From Chiloscyllium plagiosum (Eukaryota): DNA of 64,000 nucleotides. The notes under the pieces were generated by a model. It did no database searches, was not told the origin of the DNA, and was given only the letters and a program-made list of their open reading frames with translations. How positions within the stretch are numbered: position 1 is the first letter of the stretch; every line of letters starts with the position of its first letter. The position numbers were made by a program, and so were the translations under genes. The stretch lies in contig NC_057759.1 of the NCBI RefSeq assembly GCF_004010195.1, positions 7,241,593 to 7,305,592 on the forward strand, written 5' to 3'. Positions 49,547-63,013 of the stretch are shown piece by piece.

Positions 49547-52500
49547 AGAATTTTAATATTTCCAACTCAAAAGACAGCTTCCAACGAAGATCTCATGATA
49601 ATATTCGGCTTCCATTGACCTTCACGTCAACACACATACACACACAAAAGTTGAATATTAGGACTCAATAAATATTCAAGGAAACGGTAGAGATCTTTTT
49701 TTCACATGTTGTGCATGCCAGTGCTGAAATTTGCTTCATCGTTTGGACGAATTGAAATCCACACCCCAACAAACAATCGCATTTCTCAAAACATTAACCA
49801 AACTTTGCTTCTATTTGCAAGGTTTCTGTGATGCAGTCGCTATGCCGAGGCCAGGAAAAACCTGGCTATAGATGCTACAACTGTGTCACAAATGCAGATT
49901 CTCTCTCTGTGCAGAAAGTAGATAAGCTCTATTGGTTTAGCAAGAATGACTAGCATGGTGAAAGACGTTTTGGGGGTGGGGGAATACCCACTGATATTTT
50001 CTTTTAACTTAAATTGCTATTTTTGGAATGGGTCTGTTTTCTAAACTTAATCAGGTCACCTTAAACAAGAGAATTCAGCAAGACTTGGTCCAAAACTCCC
50101 TCAGGCATATGAAATCCCCAAACTTTATGTAGGATTGTGTGTATGATCAACTCTTTGTTTTTTTTAAAAAAGAATTGATTCACATTCTGTGCACATCAAT
50201 TGTTTATCCGTAATTTCCCCATAAGATCATAAGATATGGGAGCAGAACTAGGCCATTCGGTCAATCAATTTTCTCTACCATTTGTTCATGACTGATATGT
50301 TTCTCAAACTCATTCTCCTGCCTTCTCCTGTAACATTTTATGCCCTTACCAATGGTGAACATATATCTATCTCTACCCTAAATACTGTTAAAAACGTGAC
50401 CACAAATACCCTCTGCACCAATGATTTCCGCAGAATCATCACCCTCTGGCTGAAAGAATGTCTGTTTATCTCAGTTCTCAAGGTCCGTCCCTTCACTGTG
50501 CCCTCAGATCCTCGTCACTCCAGCAAGTGGTAACGCTTTCTCTACGTCTACTCTGTCCTTGCCTCACAGTGTCTGTCCCAGATGGGGCAGGCAAGAGTCA
50601 CCACATTGACTGTTTCTGAGGTCACGTGTAGATCCAGTTGAGGTAAAGAGGACAGATCTCCTTCTATAAATGGTCTTAGCAAAGCAGAGAACAAACGACA
50701 CGTTTCATCATCACACTCTTAATGTCACTTTTGGTTTTCCATTCAAATCTCATCATCTGTCAAGTGGGATTCAAACCCAAATCCCCAGAACATTATGTGA
50801 TTGTCTATGTTCTTGGCAAATGCTTTCCCTTGATTTCGTTTGATGATTTCTCCTTGTTTTCACCATTTATAGTTCTGCATTTCCATCTCTGGCCAGCTTC
50901 TTAGGGTTATTCTTAGGTGGGAGGGAATGTCTTATGAGCAAAACCTAAACAGATTGGGACTCGACTTTCAGGGGTTCCGAACGAGAGTTGATTTCATCGA
51001 AACATACAGGGGCTTGACAGGATCAATGCTGAGTGGATGTTCCTCCCTCTGAGAGAGTGTAGGGGCAGACAGCACAGTCTCAGAATAAAGAGAGGCCAAC
51101 TGAAGACTGAGATGAGGAGGATTTTTTTCTCTCCGAGGATTGTAAGACTTGAGAATTGTTTGACAAGACAGTGATATGGAGACAGAATCTTTTCGTACAT
51201 TTAAGTCTGAGATAGATAGATACTTCATCAGTCAGCGAATCAAGGGTTAAGTAGAAAGTTCAAGAACGTGGATGTGAGGAATGTCAGATCAGCGACGATC
51301 CTATTGTTCAATGGAGCACACACAAGAGGCCGCATCACCTACTCCTGTATTTATTTATGACGATCATTTCTGAATGCACCTATAATAGTAACTTAATTTC
51401 CTTTCCATAATAGCGGGCTTTTAATTACTTGAATTGACAAGGGAAGGTGATGTGTGTTGTTGTGACGCTGACAATTTGTTGACTGAATATCTACTGGTGT
51501 ATCAAGACTAAAAGTATAATGTTCAAACCGAACGTAAAATATGTTACTCAGGTCCAAATTGTTTGCATTGTCCTGTCAGGGCACCAACAAGGCGAGATAG
51601 CTGTTTCACAACAGAGCCTAAAGTGGACTAGTTGAAGTGACGTTCATTTCAGTGTGCATTCAAGCAGAGCTTAAATACCACTCAAATAAAGAAATATTAT
51701 GACAATGATTGTCATTTATGCTTTTTAACACTGCCTTCAACTTTGCAATCACTGCCATGAATCTTGCAGCAAGACGTGTTTACTAACTTTAGAAACAGCG
51801 AGAGAAGCCATGATTCGAAGTGCTGAAGGAAATAGAGAGGACGACAATGGTACTATATCAATGTGAATCACACGAAGGAACAAATAGAAGTAATAATTCC
51901 AGTAACACTTATTACAGATGTTTCTTGGCATTTATTTTTCCTCAAAGGTGCTATTTAAAAACATGTAACTCTCACACAAGCAAGTCACAAGACTCACTTT
52001 TGAGACTTCTTGAGATAAATTATGTAACTAATTCGAGTGCTCACAAGGCGAGTAATTTAGGTTTTCCATCTCCCTTTCTCTTTAAAGGTGCTGCCATTCC
52101 TACTGAGCTTCTCCAGAAATTTCTGTGCTTATAGTCTGTCACAATAACTCTGTTTTTCACTCTTTCCCTCTCGCCACAAATCCTATTGACTTTCTCACGC
52201 ACTTCCTGTCTTTACGATCTGCTGCAGTAACTCTTTTACTTTCTCTCCGTCTCTCCACATGTCATAGAGTAATAGAGTCATCGAGAAGTACAGCACGGTA
52301 AAAGATCTTTCGGTCCAACTCGTCCATGCCGACCAAATATCCCAACTCAATCTAGTCCCTTCTGCCAGCACCTGGCACATACCCCTCCAAACCCAACCTA
52401 TATATTTACCCATCCAAATGAATTTTAAGTGCCCTGTCAGGCATACAGAATTTCTGCAGCACTTTCTGTGTTTATAACCTATAACAGAAACTGTGTTTCT

Positions 52501-52698
52501 CTTTCAGTTGCTCGCACAGACGCTGTCAGACCTGCTGAGTTTCTCCAACAATTCTCTGTGTTTGTTTCAGATTTCCGGAGTCTCAAAACATCCTGCTTTT
52601 ATGCAAGGCTTTCCCTCTTTTATTACCGTGGGCACTATGTTGAGAAAAGGAGATATTGCATTACTTACAGAAGAAAATAATGTATGTATTCCAACTAT
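49547..52698 (-). pseudogene. 5' cassette, unit C minus strand: S1 without ATG (52698-52669), 35-nt frameshifted S2 (51822-51788), truncated D1 (49619-~49547)
   Basis: ATG>ATA; S2 one base short; D1 has TGA at 49569-49567 and ends at the Penelope fragment. Confidence 0.85.
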
Positions 52699-52819
52699 CC
52701 TTCGCAGAATATCTCGGCTGGATTTAAGGGATAGAAGAGAAAAAAATGAATTACAGTTTTTATTAAGAGCAGAATCTGCAGAGGAGGTTGGTGAAAAGCC
52801 AATAATTTGAAATTTTACG

Positions 52820-52978
52820 ACATCTTTTGTCTGTCCCGTGCTGTTTAAAGTTTAAATGTTGCACTTCCAGCCACCTATAATCCATCACGAGCTATTCAAT
52901 CAATAGCTCGTGATGGATTATAGGTGGCTGGAAGTGCAACATTTAAACTTTAAACCTCACGGGACAGACAAAAGATGT
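52820..52978. repeat. Near-perfect inverted repeat, 77-bp arms, 5-nt loop
   Basis: 52820-52896 is the reverse complement of 52902-52978 with 2 mismatches; loop CAATC. Confidence 0.95.
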
Positions 52979-55900
52979 GGTGGTAACATTTATTCTTGGC
53001 GTTTCACTTTTGGTGGTATTGGGGCAGGTGGAGAGACAGCGCCAAGGTGATATCTTGAGTTTTTACATTCGGTGAGTATTTTTATGTATGTACAAATATT
53101 ACTGATGTTGGTGTGGATCTCCCAGATTAGAAAATGATCAATTGATTAATTAGTGGAGTTACTTATCATTTGCTAATCTTAATGACAAGAAGTGATTCAA
53201 AGCAACAATTTTTTCGTTAAGCAACAACTCGGTGATTAGTAATGCATAATATGCTTCATGAACCTTATAAGATGGGAGCCGCAGAAATCATGTACACATA
53301 GACTCTGTTCAATATATTTCTGGCTGCTCGACTGGCACATGAATATAGGAATATGAGAAATCTTTCAGCCCATTCAAGCAAATTAATTGGATTGTAGCTG
53401 ATTTTCTACTTCAAAGCAATTGAATATTGCTTGGAGCTATTCAATTCTATCTTGAACATGCTCAACAATCGAGTTTCCATAGCCCATGAGGGTCGTGATT
53501 TCGAACGGTGACAACGCAGTTTGGGGGAACAGCATCCTCTTGATCTCAGTCCTACATGACCCACCCGTTATTCTGTGATCCAACACCAAAGGTGTTGGGA
53601 CAGGATCGAGGAAGGTGTGAAAGTGGGAAGGGAAGTAAAACAAAATAACGCAGTTTTTGGAACATTACAGGAAAGTTCTAACAGAAGGCCAGGATTGGGA
53701 AAGAAAAACAGAAACAAAAGAGATGTGATAGTACTGAGAAAGGATGCACACGAAAATTTGTGTGTTGCCTTGGGAGCTGGAGAGTTTCAGTGATGGAGGG
53801 AAATTGGACAGACTGGGGCTGCTGACATCGGAGCAGAGGAGATCAAGTGTTTGGATGGTGGGGATTCGTGCCTGCGATGCATAACATGATGAGGAAGCAT
53901 GCATAAGGTAGTTGTAAAAAAACGTCCCCCCGACACCTCTCGATGGAGGGATAGTGACGGAGCAGTGGTATGGGGAGTAGAATAGATTGAAAGTAAGAGG
54001 CAGGAGATTTCGATGGGGATGTGACAAAAACAATTTTCACTTAGAGGGTGTTTATGAATGTGCAACTCTCTGTAAGACTGGGAAAGGCAGAAACCTTGAT
54101 CATATAGAGCAAATATTTCGATGTGCACTTCTGACACCATGGCTATCAGTAAAGTGCTTGGAAAATGACATTTGAGAATAATGAGGTGGTTGTTTTTGAC
54201 TGGCACGCACGTAATGGGCTAATTGGCCCTTTTTTATTATTCTGTAGATCTACAGAACTCGACGGTTTCTTTTTCTAGTGTCACTTTACGATCTAATCGA
54301 TAACCAACTTATTATGATTCCAGCAGAACTTTAGGACTTTGACCACGATCCCCATTCATGATTCTGGGAATGAAGAATTTTTCATATGAGGAAAGATGGT
54401 GGCCTTTGGATCTGTACTGAATGGGTCATAGAAGGAGGGGTTGCCGTGGGATCTGATGGTGATTCAAAGAATATTGAGATAGTGGATGCGGAGATGTTTC
54501 CACAAATAGCAGAGACTACGACACGAGGACACACCTCGGGGTGAAGTGACAACTCTCTAAAACAGAGACAAGGAGGGGTTATTCAACCAGAGAGTGATGA
54601 CTCTGTGGAACGCATTGCCACGGAAGGCTGTGGAGGCCAAGTTACGGAGTGCCTTTATGACAGAGAGAGGTTAGTAAGGGAATCAAGTTTATGGAAAAAT
54701 GACACAAGAATGCGGTTGAGGAATACTTCAGCCATGATTAGGCTTTGCTCCATTTTATGATCTTACATAACCACGTTTACCATCCTTTGCTGTTGCCAAA
54801 CAGAATACAGCCAATAAAAGCTATCACTGGCATTCTGTAGGACGTCAGTCAAAATGCACACAAGAATATTCCACAAACAAATGTTATAATGATTAGTAAG
54901 CCTTTCTTTTATAAATGATTTAGCTGCAAATGTTGATTTCAGTGATACACTCCCTTCTCTCTCTGTTTTATTTTTAATTTAAAGTGCAATTGCATATTTA
55001 TTTTGCTACTATGGAAAGAGTTTCCCTGTGCTAGCATCAACAGATTAAATCATCAGTAAAATGTTTCTGTTTCTTTCATCGAAAGCAAAAATTGCACTTA
55101 GTTATATTTCTGTATCTTAGAACATTAAACACTACATAACTTGTTACCCACCGGAAAAAAAAACGATTACCAAGTTGTGTGGATAGCACTCACCTCTGGA
55201 TTCTTGTCCTACTTCTAACAGCTGCACAGACTTTAAAAGGATTTGCGACACAAACCTAGCACACGCCTGCTCGATTGTCTTGTAGTTGAAGTCTTGCTCT
55301 CAGTGCCGTTCTGTTCACTGCTTATGCTGCATATCTGCTGGATAAAAAACCCAAAACACAGTGAACAGCAAATAATGGTTCACATTGAGCTTTCGAAAAT
55401 AGTCACCGACATGACAGGCCAAATGAATTCCATCCATAGTTTCAGATCTAAGCAACGATTATCAGGTAACATTCTATTTCCATTCAGTATCAGTACTTGT
55501 AGCTGTGAATATGTGATCGTTGATCCGTGTGTGTATCAAATAAAGTCTGTGAGTGCCTGAGAGAGAGAATGTACATGTGTGAGTGAATGAGAGTGCTGGT
55601 ATTCGTGTGTAAGAGAATATATATCTGTGCATATATATGTCTGAGAGAAATTGAAGTTTCTATTTTTAGACTGATGGAATTTTGTGTGTGTGTTGAAACC
55701 ATGTGCATGTATACGTGCAAATAAGAATGAGTGAGTTTGCGTTTTCAGGATGACAGAGTGTGTGCCTGTGAGGAAAACTCTGTGCATGTATAGGAATGTA
55801 AGAATGGGTAAGTGTGTGTTTGTTACATAGAAAGTGTGTGAGTGTAAGATAGAGCTAGAGAAAGAGTGTGTGTGCGTCTGTGTGAATGCGTGTGTGTGTG

Positions 55901-58900
55901 ACTGAGTGCATATGTGTTTGCTGATAAAAGATGTAGAGTAAACGTTACAGATGACCAACAAAGACAGTGCTGGAATAACTCAGCAGGTCTGGCAACATCT
56001 GTGGAGCGATCGAGAGACAAAAAGAATTAAAGTTATCGGTTGCAAACACAGAAAGTGGTGAATAAACTGAATAGGCCTGGCACCATCGATGGAGACAGAA
56101 AGAAGAAGAGTGTACGAGTTATGAAGAAGGGCCACCGAATTCGAGACTTTAACTAGGCTTTAGCTCCAACGATGCTACCAAAACGTGAATCTTAAATCAC
56201 TTTCTTTTAGAATCCTATGCATATATCAGCAAAGTTCAAAAGAAGCCAAAACCACCATGCAATCACCATCAAAAAGATTCTTTTAATGGTCACACTTTGA
56301 AGGGGGGTAGTCGCTCACCTATCAGAGGTTTTGAATGTTAACCCTCCAGCACAAAAACGATGAAAGTAATGATTTTGTTAAGGCTTTGACTCTGGGTAAA
56401 TCATAAGTTGCTTCCTTCGGATTTAAAGTAGATGCAAGCGTGCATTCAGCGGGGCTGGGAAAGAGGACATCTCTATGAGGCGTTACTGACTGTCATAGTG
56501 ATAAGGATTTTTAATGATTTACGGTAGCTGGTAGCGTTTGAACATTAATCTTGAAGAAATTATACATTGCAAAACATTATTTCATGATTGCAACAACGTT
56601 AGAATGAATGACAGCGTTTTATTGGGATTTTTGAATTGTTGTTAGTCTTTCACACAAATTCTTAATGAATGATCCATCTCAGAATTCGAGAACGTTAAAG
56701 AAAAAATCATACTGAATTTGAAGATTAAATCTCTCTCTCTCACTCTACACAGATGCTGCCAGTCTGCTGCGTGTTTCCAGCACTTCCTGTATTTACTGTC
56801 TTTTAGGTGAACTTAGTTTCTCCTATCAACATGCACACATATACACACATTCTCTCTCTCTTTAGCACAGATGCAATTTCTCCAATGCACAAAAACTCAT
56901 TCATGCACGCACAGATGCATATATTCTCTCTTATACACGCACACACGCAGAAATTGTCATTCTCACAACACACACTATATTCCCTGACATATTCATTCAC
57001 GCACATATACTCACTCACAAAGACTCTTTTTAATACATGCATAGACACACCCACAAGCACACACACATAGAACCCCCCACACACATATGCGCAGAAATTG
57101 TCATTTTCAAAACACACACCACACCCTCTGACATATTCATTTCCACACATACACTCACTCACACATACTCTTTTAATTACATACACACACACACCGCCCA
57201 CATATAAAGCTAAACTTTCTGCTTCATTTGCTGATGCCTGATCCGATCTGTCTGAAGAGAGAATTTTGCCCGATAAACGCTGTTTAGTTCTGAAACTGAG
57301 CCTGGAGCTCTTTTTGAGATGTCACCTTTGACAGCTCACTGTGAACTGTTGCTACCTGCTCACCGAGTTTTGGTTATATTTATTTTTCACTTGTGTAGAG
57401 ATGCTACTATTGTCGTGCACAAAACGTGCTAAACAGCAAGATTAAATTACAATACATTCAAGCAAGTAAATGCTGAGATTGTGTCTAAATTCGTTTTGCA
57501 ATCTATACAGATCTTCGATATAGGTATCACTTTCCAGAGGTGAAGCCAGTCTAACTTGATGCTATTTTATCAGTAGGATAACATTCATTTTACCATATAC
57601 TATTTTTACACACGTGAAGTATAGCGATGTGCAAGGTTCATTTTGGATAACTGAATCAGAAATATTGTACTGACCCATTAATGCGTTGACAGTGACACAA
57701 GGACTATTCCTGGACACTTTGATGAAAAATAAATATCCAATGTCACATCAAAATAAAACAAGAAGAGAGCAGGGAGTATCTTTCTAATATCAATAGTTGT
57801 TGATTAATCAATCAAAAAAAGTTTCTTCAATCATTTTTTTGTGGAATGTTTTTGTGCGTATTTTGACTACTGACTTTGTTATACTTCATTAGATGTAACC
57901 TGTTTGACAGCAGTAGAGTCTGGCAAAAAGGCATATTTTAAAGACCATAAGATATAGGAAGAAAACTCAATCATTTCTGAAACGTATCTCAAACGCATTC
58001 TCCATTCATTCACGAGTAAGGATATTATCGAAAGTTTTAAAACCATCTTACCGTCAGTATAGGACGGATACTGCTAAGATTCGATGGTGGCTCTCGACAG
58101 GAAAAATGGTGTCATGGAGACCTACAGCACTGGAAGAAGTCCATTCAACTCATGCAGTACGTGCTCATGAAACAATCTCACTGTTCTGGAATCCCATTTT
58201 CCCAGCACTTGACCCATAGCCTTGGCATTACAAATACATTTCAAAATACTTCAATATGATGACGGTTTCTGCATCTTCCAGCCTTACAGGTAGAGAATTC
58301 TAGGGTCCTCACCACCTTCTGAAGCTCCTGCCACTTACGTTCAATCTCTGTTTTCCCCAGTCCAGTATTGATCTCTCCATTAAGGGGGAAAGGTTTCTTC
58401 CTGTCTACTGTGTCTATGCACGTCATTGTTTTATCATGTCCCAACTCTTTCAATCTCCCGTGGTATGACAGAAGGGGCCACATTTTGTCCAATCTCTCTG
58501 CATCACTGACTCTGATCAACCCCTACAGTAACATCGTGGTAAATCTCCTGCACGCTCCACCAGTGCTATCACATCTTGCTTCTTCGACTTTTTCTCTCCT
58601 CACCCCTGCGCTCCTCTCAAAACGTTCCTGTCATGACTCAAACAACCAATCAATTCTGTTTTACTTCCCTTCCCACTTTGCCACTGCCCCAACACATTTG
58701 CTGTTGAATTTCACGATACGCCATAGGTCATTTAAGATTGAATGCAAAATGGCACTGTTCCCCAAGAGAATGTTAACATATTTGGAAATCGCTATTCTTG
58801 AGGGCTATAGAAACTCAATTCTTGAACATGATCACGGAAGAAAGGGGCAACTCAAAGGGACATTCATAGCTATGGAGATACTATGGGAAATTGTCTTTGA

Positions 58901-59547
58901 GGTAGACTATGACCTATGCCAATTGATTTGCTTGAATGGACCGAATAGCCTTCTCTTATTTTGATATTCAAATGTTCTTCAAACAGCCAAAAGGGTATAC
59001 ATCAGAGCTTATGTGTAGATTACGTTCTTTTGTTCCCAGCTGATGTTCTCTACACAGCAGACCAAGTGCTAGTAATCTCTGACTACTGTTTTCCCATAGT
59101 TTTGCTACTGTGAATTACTTCATATTGATAATAACATTGAAAACAATGCGAAATAATTGCTCTAATCAGTTAATTGATCATTTTCGAATTTGGGAAATTC
59201 ACACGATTAACACTAATATTTGTACATACATAAAACTGTTCATTGAACGCAAAAAGAAAATCAAGACTAGCCCCCGGCATTGACTCTTTCCTGTCACACC
59301 GCCTCCAAAAGCAAGGAATCAAACTTTGTATCACTTTTGTCTGTCCCATGTTGTGTTAAGTTTGAAACTTGCACGTTTAGCCTCCAATGATCCATCAGTA
59401 TCTATTCAGTCATAAGTACATTCCTTTGTCAATTCAGTTTAGTGTGTACATTCATTGCCTCTGTATTTGCTCCTCTTATTTTAAATTAATAATATATTTT
59501 TCTTTTCTCGCCTATCCCCTATTTCCAGCAGTGATCTTCTCTGAATG

Positions 59548-62500
59548 ATGTACTTAAATACGTACTTTATTTTGTTCTGTAAGTAGTATCATGTCTCCTT
59601 TTGACCAAAGTGCGAATTAAGTATCACAATTGTAAAGGAGGGTAAATGTTGCATAAAAACAAGACACTGTAGGACACAGGAGCTCTGAAAAGAAAACACG
59701 AAGATTTCCTTTAAAAACTCAGCAGGTCTGGCAGCATCTGTGGAGGAAGAGAGTGAAACAGAGCTAACATCACAGATATAACACACAGTGCTGGAGATAC
59801 TCAGCAGGTCTGGGAAAATCTGTCGGGAGAGAAAGTGAAAAAACAAAGTTAAGGTTTCAGATTATACACACAGATGATGTTGGAGAGTCTCAGCATGCCA
59901 TGCAATAACTATGTGAGAAGAGAGAGCAAACATTTCTTTTGATTTCACTTAATTTATTATTGCCACATGTGCTGAGATTCAGTGAAATGAATTGTTTTGC
60001 GTACTAACCAGACAAACGTACCTTACATTTGTACATCATGTTAATAGACCAGAATGGAGAGTTATGTTTGGTATCAGTAACCCTTCTTCAGAACCTGAAC
60101 ACCTCGTTTAATGAACATTGAAATTGGTAATATAATTTATGTGAAAAATCAAAAAGGATGCGCCTTTACATTAATTATTGCTTGTTTTGTGTTTATGAGC
60201 ATTAAAGGTTGTCAAATAACATTTTTTTTAGAACAGAAGACAAATGCCAAGGAACAGTTGCAATGAGTGTTGCTGGAATTACGACATTTATTTGTTCCTT
60301 GGCGTGATTGACATGGATAAAACGACCATTGTCCATTTTTTTCTGTTTACGTCCACATCACGTATCATGGCTTCTCTTGCTATTTCTAAAGGCTAGTAAA
60401 GTTCTTTTGCTGTGTAAATCATGGCGATGAATGCAAAGTCGAAATCAGTACAATGAAGCGTAAATGACAAGCAGAGTAATAATATTGATAATTTCATTGA
60501 ATTACAAGCTCTCCTTAAGTAGACACTGAGATGAACGTCACTGCAAGGCAATACAATTCAGAGTCCGTTATGGAGCAGGCAATTAGCTACATTGCCTTGT
60601 TCGTGTAGTAATGGCATAATGCAAAGAATTTGAAGCATTATGCTTTTATTTTGTATGATGCACCAGGACATATTCAATCAAAGATTCATCAGGGTCAAAA
60701 CTACACTCATCACCTTCCCCTGTCAATTTAAGGAGCTGCAGATCCACTCTTACAGACAGGAGATTAAGTAAATATTACAGAGTATTGAGACAAGATACGC
60801 ACACAAGGGGCGACCCAGTGGCTGAGTGGTTAGCACTGCTGTCCCACAGCGCCAGGGATTTGTATTAATTCCAACCTCTGGCGACTGTTTGCTTGAGGTT
60901 TGGACATTCTCCCTGTGCCTGAGTGGGTTTCCTCCCACAATCCAAAGATGTGTAGTTTAGATGAATTATCAATGCTAATTTGCCCAAAGCATCCAGAGAT
61001 GTGTGGCTTGGATACTTTCGTCAGGGGTAAATGTAGGGGAATGGGACTGGGTGGGTTACTCTTTGGAAGGTTGGTGTGGACGTTTTGAGCCAAATGGTCT
61101 GTTTCCACACTTTAGGGAATTGTATGATAATTTGAAATTGAAACAGGATCAGGCCATTTGGCTGCTCAAACCTGCTCTGCATTCGATAGAATCGCAGGAG
61201 ATCCAACATTCATCACGTGTGTTTTCTTGTTTTTTTCTCCTAGACCCTTGATTCAGCTCTCTATGACAAGTAGTTCCAAAGATGCACAGCCGTCTGAGAC
61301 AAAAAAAATCCACTTCAACTTAATTGCCACCCCCTTCATTCTGAGTCTGAGCCTCCTGTTTCTAGACTCTCCCGTGAGATTTAAATATCATTCCCGAATT
61401 GACCCTGTCAAAATCCTGTATGTTTCAATTCGATCACATTTGATTCTTCTGAACTGCAATGAGTAGAGCCTGAACTGTTTATCTCGTAAAACAAAGGTAC
61501 AAATGGAAATGTGCGATCATAAACTGGGAAAAATAGCTTAGAAATAATAAAAATAAATCAAGAGGTCTCAATATTCATACCAACGCTATGAACCCAGAGA
61601 TTCAGATAATGTTCTGATGACCTGGGTATGCATACCACCCTGGCAGATAGTGGAATTTGAATGCTAAAAAAATGTTATCCGTTATTAAAACTTTAATGAC
61701 AATGACCAACTGCATTGATTAGTCACTGTAGGAACGGAAGTCGGCCATCCTTATCTGGTCTGGACCTACAGATGATTTCAGGCCCACATTTAATCTGGCT
61801 GACTGTTCACTTCTCTTCTGGAACTGAATACTGAAAGCTCTGAATAGCGTCGCTGTAGAGAAGACGTTTCCACTGATAGGAAAGACTATGATCTGGGCAC
61901 GTGGTTTCGTAGTGAAGGGACAACTGAGATGAGAAGGAATTTCTTGAGCCAAGTAATGATGAACCCGTGTCACACATTGCTGCAGAGAGCTGTGGCTGCC
62001 ATGACACTGAGTATATTTAAGACAGACATAGATAAAGGAATTTGGTTGATAAGATAGATTGGTAAGGAAACCAAAGTTTACAGGGAGAAGGCAGGAAATT
62101 AGTTTGACGAACATACCAGCCATGGTAAAATTGTAGGGCGATGGCCCAAATGGTCGATTTCTGCTATTATATCTTATGGGAAATTAATGGTGGATAAGTG
62201 ATGTTTATTACCTATGAAAGAATGATACACACAATCCAATTATCGTTCTGTGGTTCTCAAAACACTTCGAGAGCTATGCATCAAAACCTCCGATTCCCAG
62301 TATAGTTGAACTTCTTAAGAATGTACGACCATTCCCAAAAGTAGCAATTAGAACTAAAAGAAAACATTTATATATCTCCATCCAACTCCGCCACATCCCC
62401 CGCTCACTAACTCTCCCCTTCACCCCATGCATCTAATTGTTTGTGGAACGTAACACGACAGATCTAACTCCTGCTCACAGACCGAAGACAGTTTTCTGGC

Positions 62501-63013
62501 GGTTTTGTGGGATCTGAAACCTAGATTTCTCCTGGCTTAGAAATGTGGACTGCATCACTGGAACTTTTGAAGACTTTTGATCTGTACTGTCTCGCCAAAA
62601 ACTTGTTGATCCCAAATATACAACGTGCATGCGCTTATGAGAAAGAGCGTGTGTGTGAAAGAGAGTGATAGAGAGACAGGGAGAGAGAGGGTGGGAGGAG
62701 AGAGAGATGCGTGCTAAAATGAAGGTCAAAGTAAGTCGAAATTCATGCTGAGGCGGTCGTTGGAATCTGTCATGCGAGGTGAAACTTCAAATTCACTGAA
62801 CCTTTCACAGCGGCTCTGAATATTTATGGGTTTCTCTATTTAGAAGCAGCGAATTGAAGGCTATTTCTGGAGGGCAGATGAGTGGCAAATTGTGTTTCAC
62901 TTCCTTTGCAGTTTCAGGCAGTGTGAGAGACATACACATTTGTATACTATCTGAATGAAGCTGGAAGCTTGAATCTTTGCAACTTAGTGATTTATTGCAT
63001 TTTAGCACAATCA
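59548..63013 (+). pseudogene. Inverted 5' cassette, unit C plus strand: S1 59548-59578 (MYLNTYFILF, gtaagt donor), degenerate S2 ~60356-60391, frameshifted D1 62725-63013
   Basis: Colinear with 32060-35706; frameshift after ...RGE at the same place as in unit A; B-strand Cys codon TGC>TGA. Confidence 0.8.
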
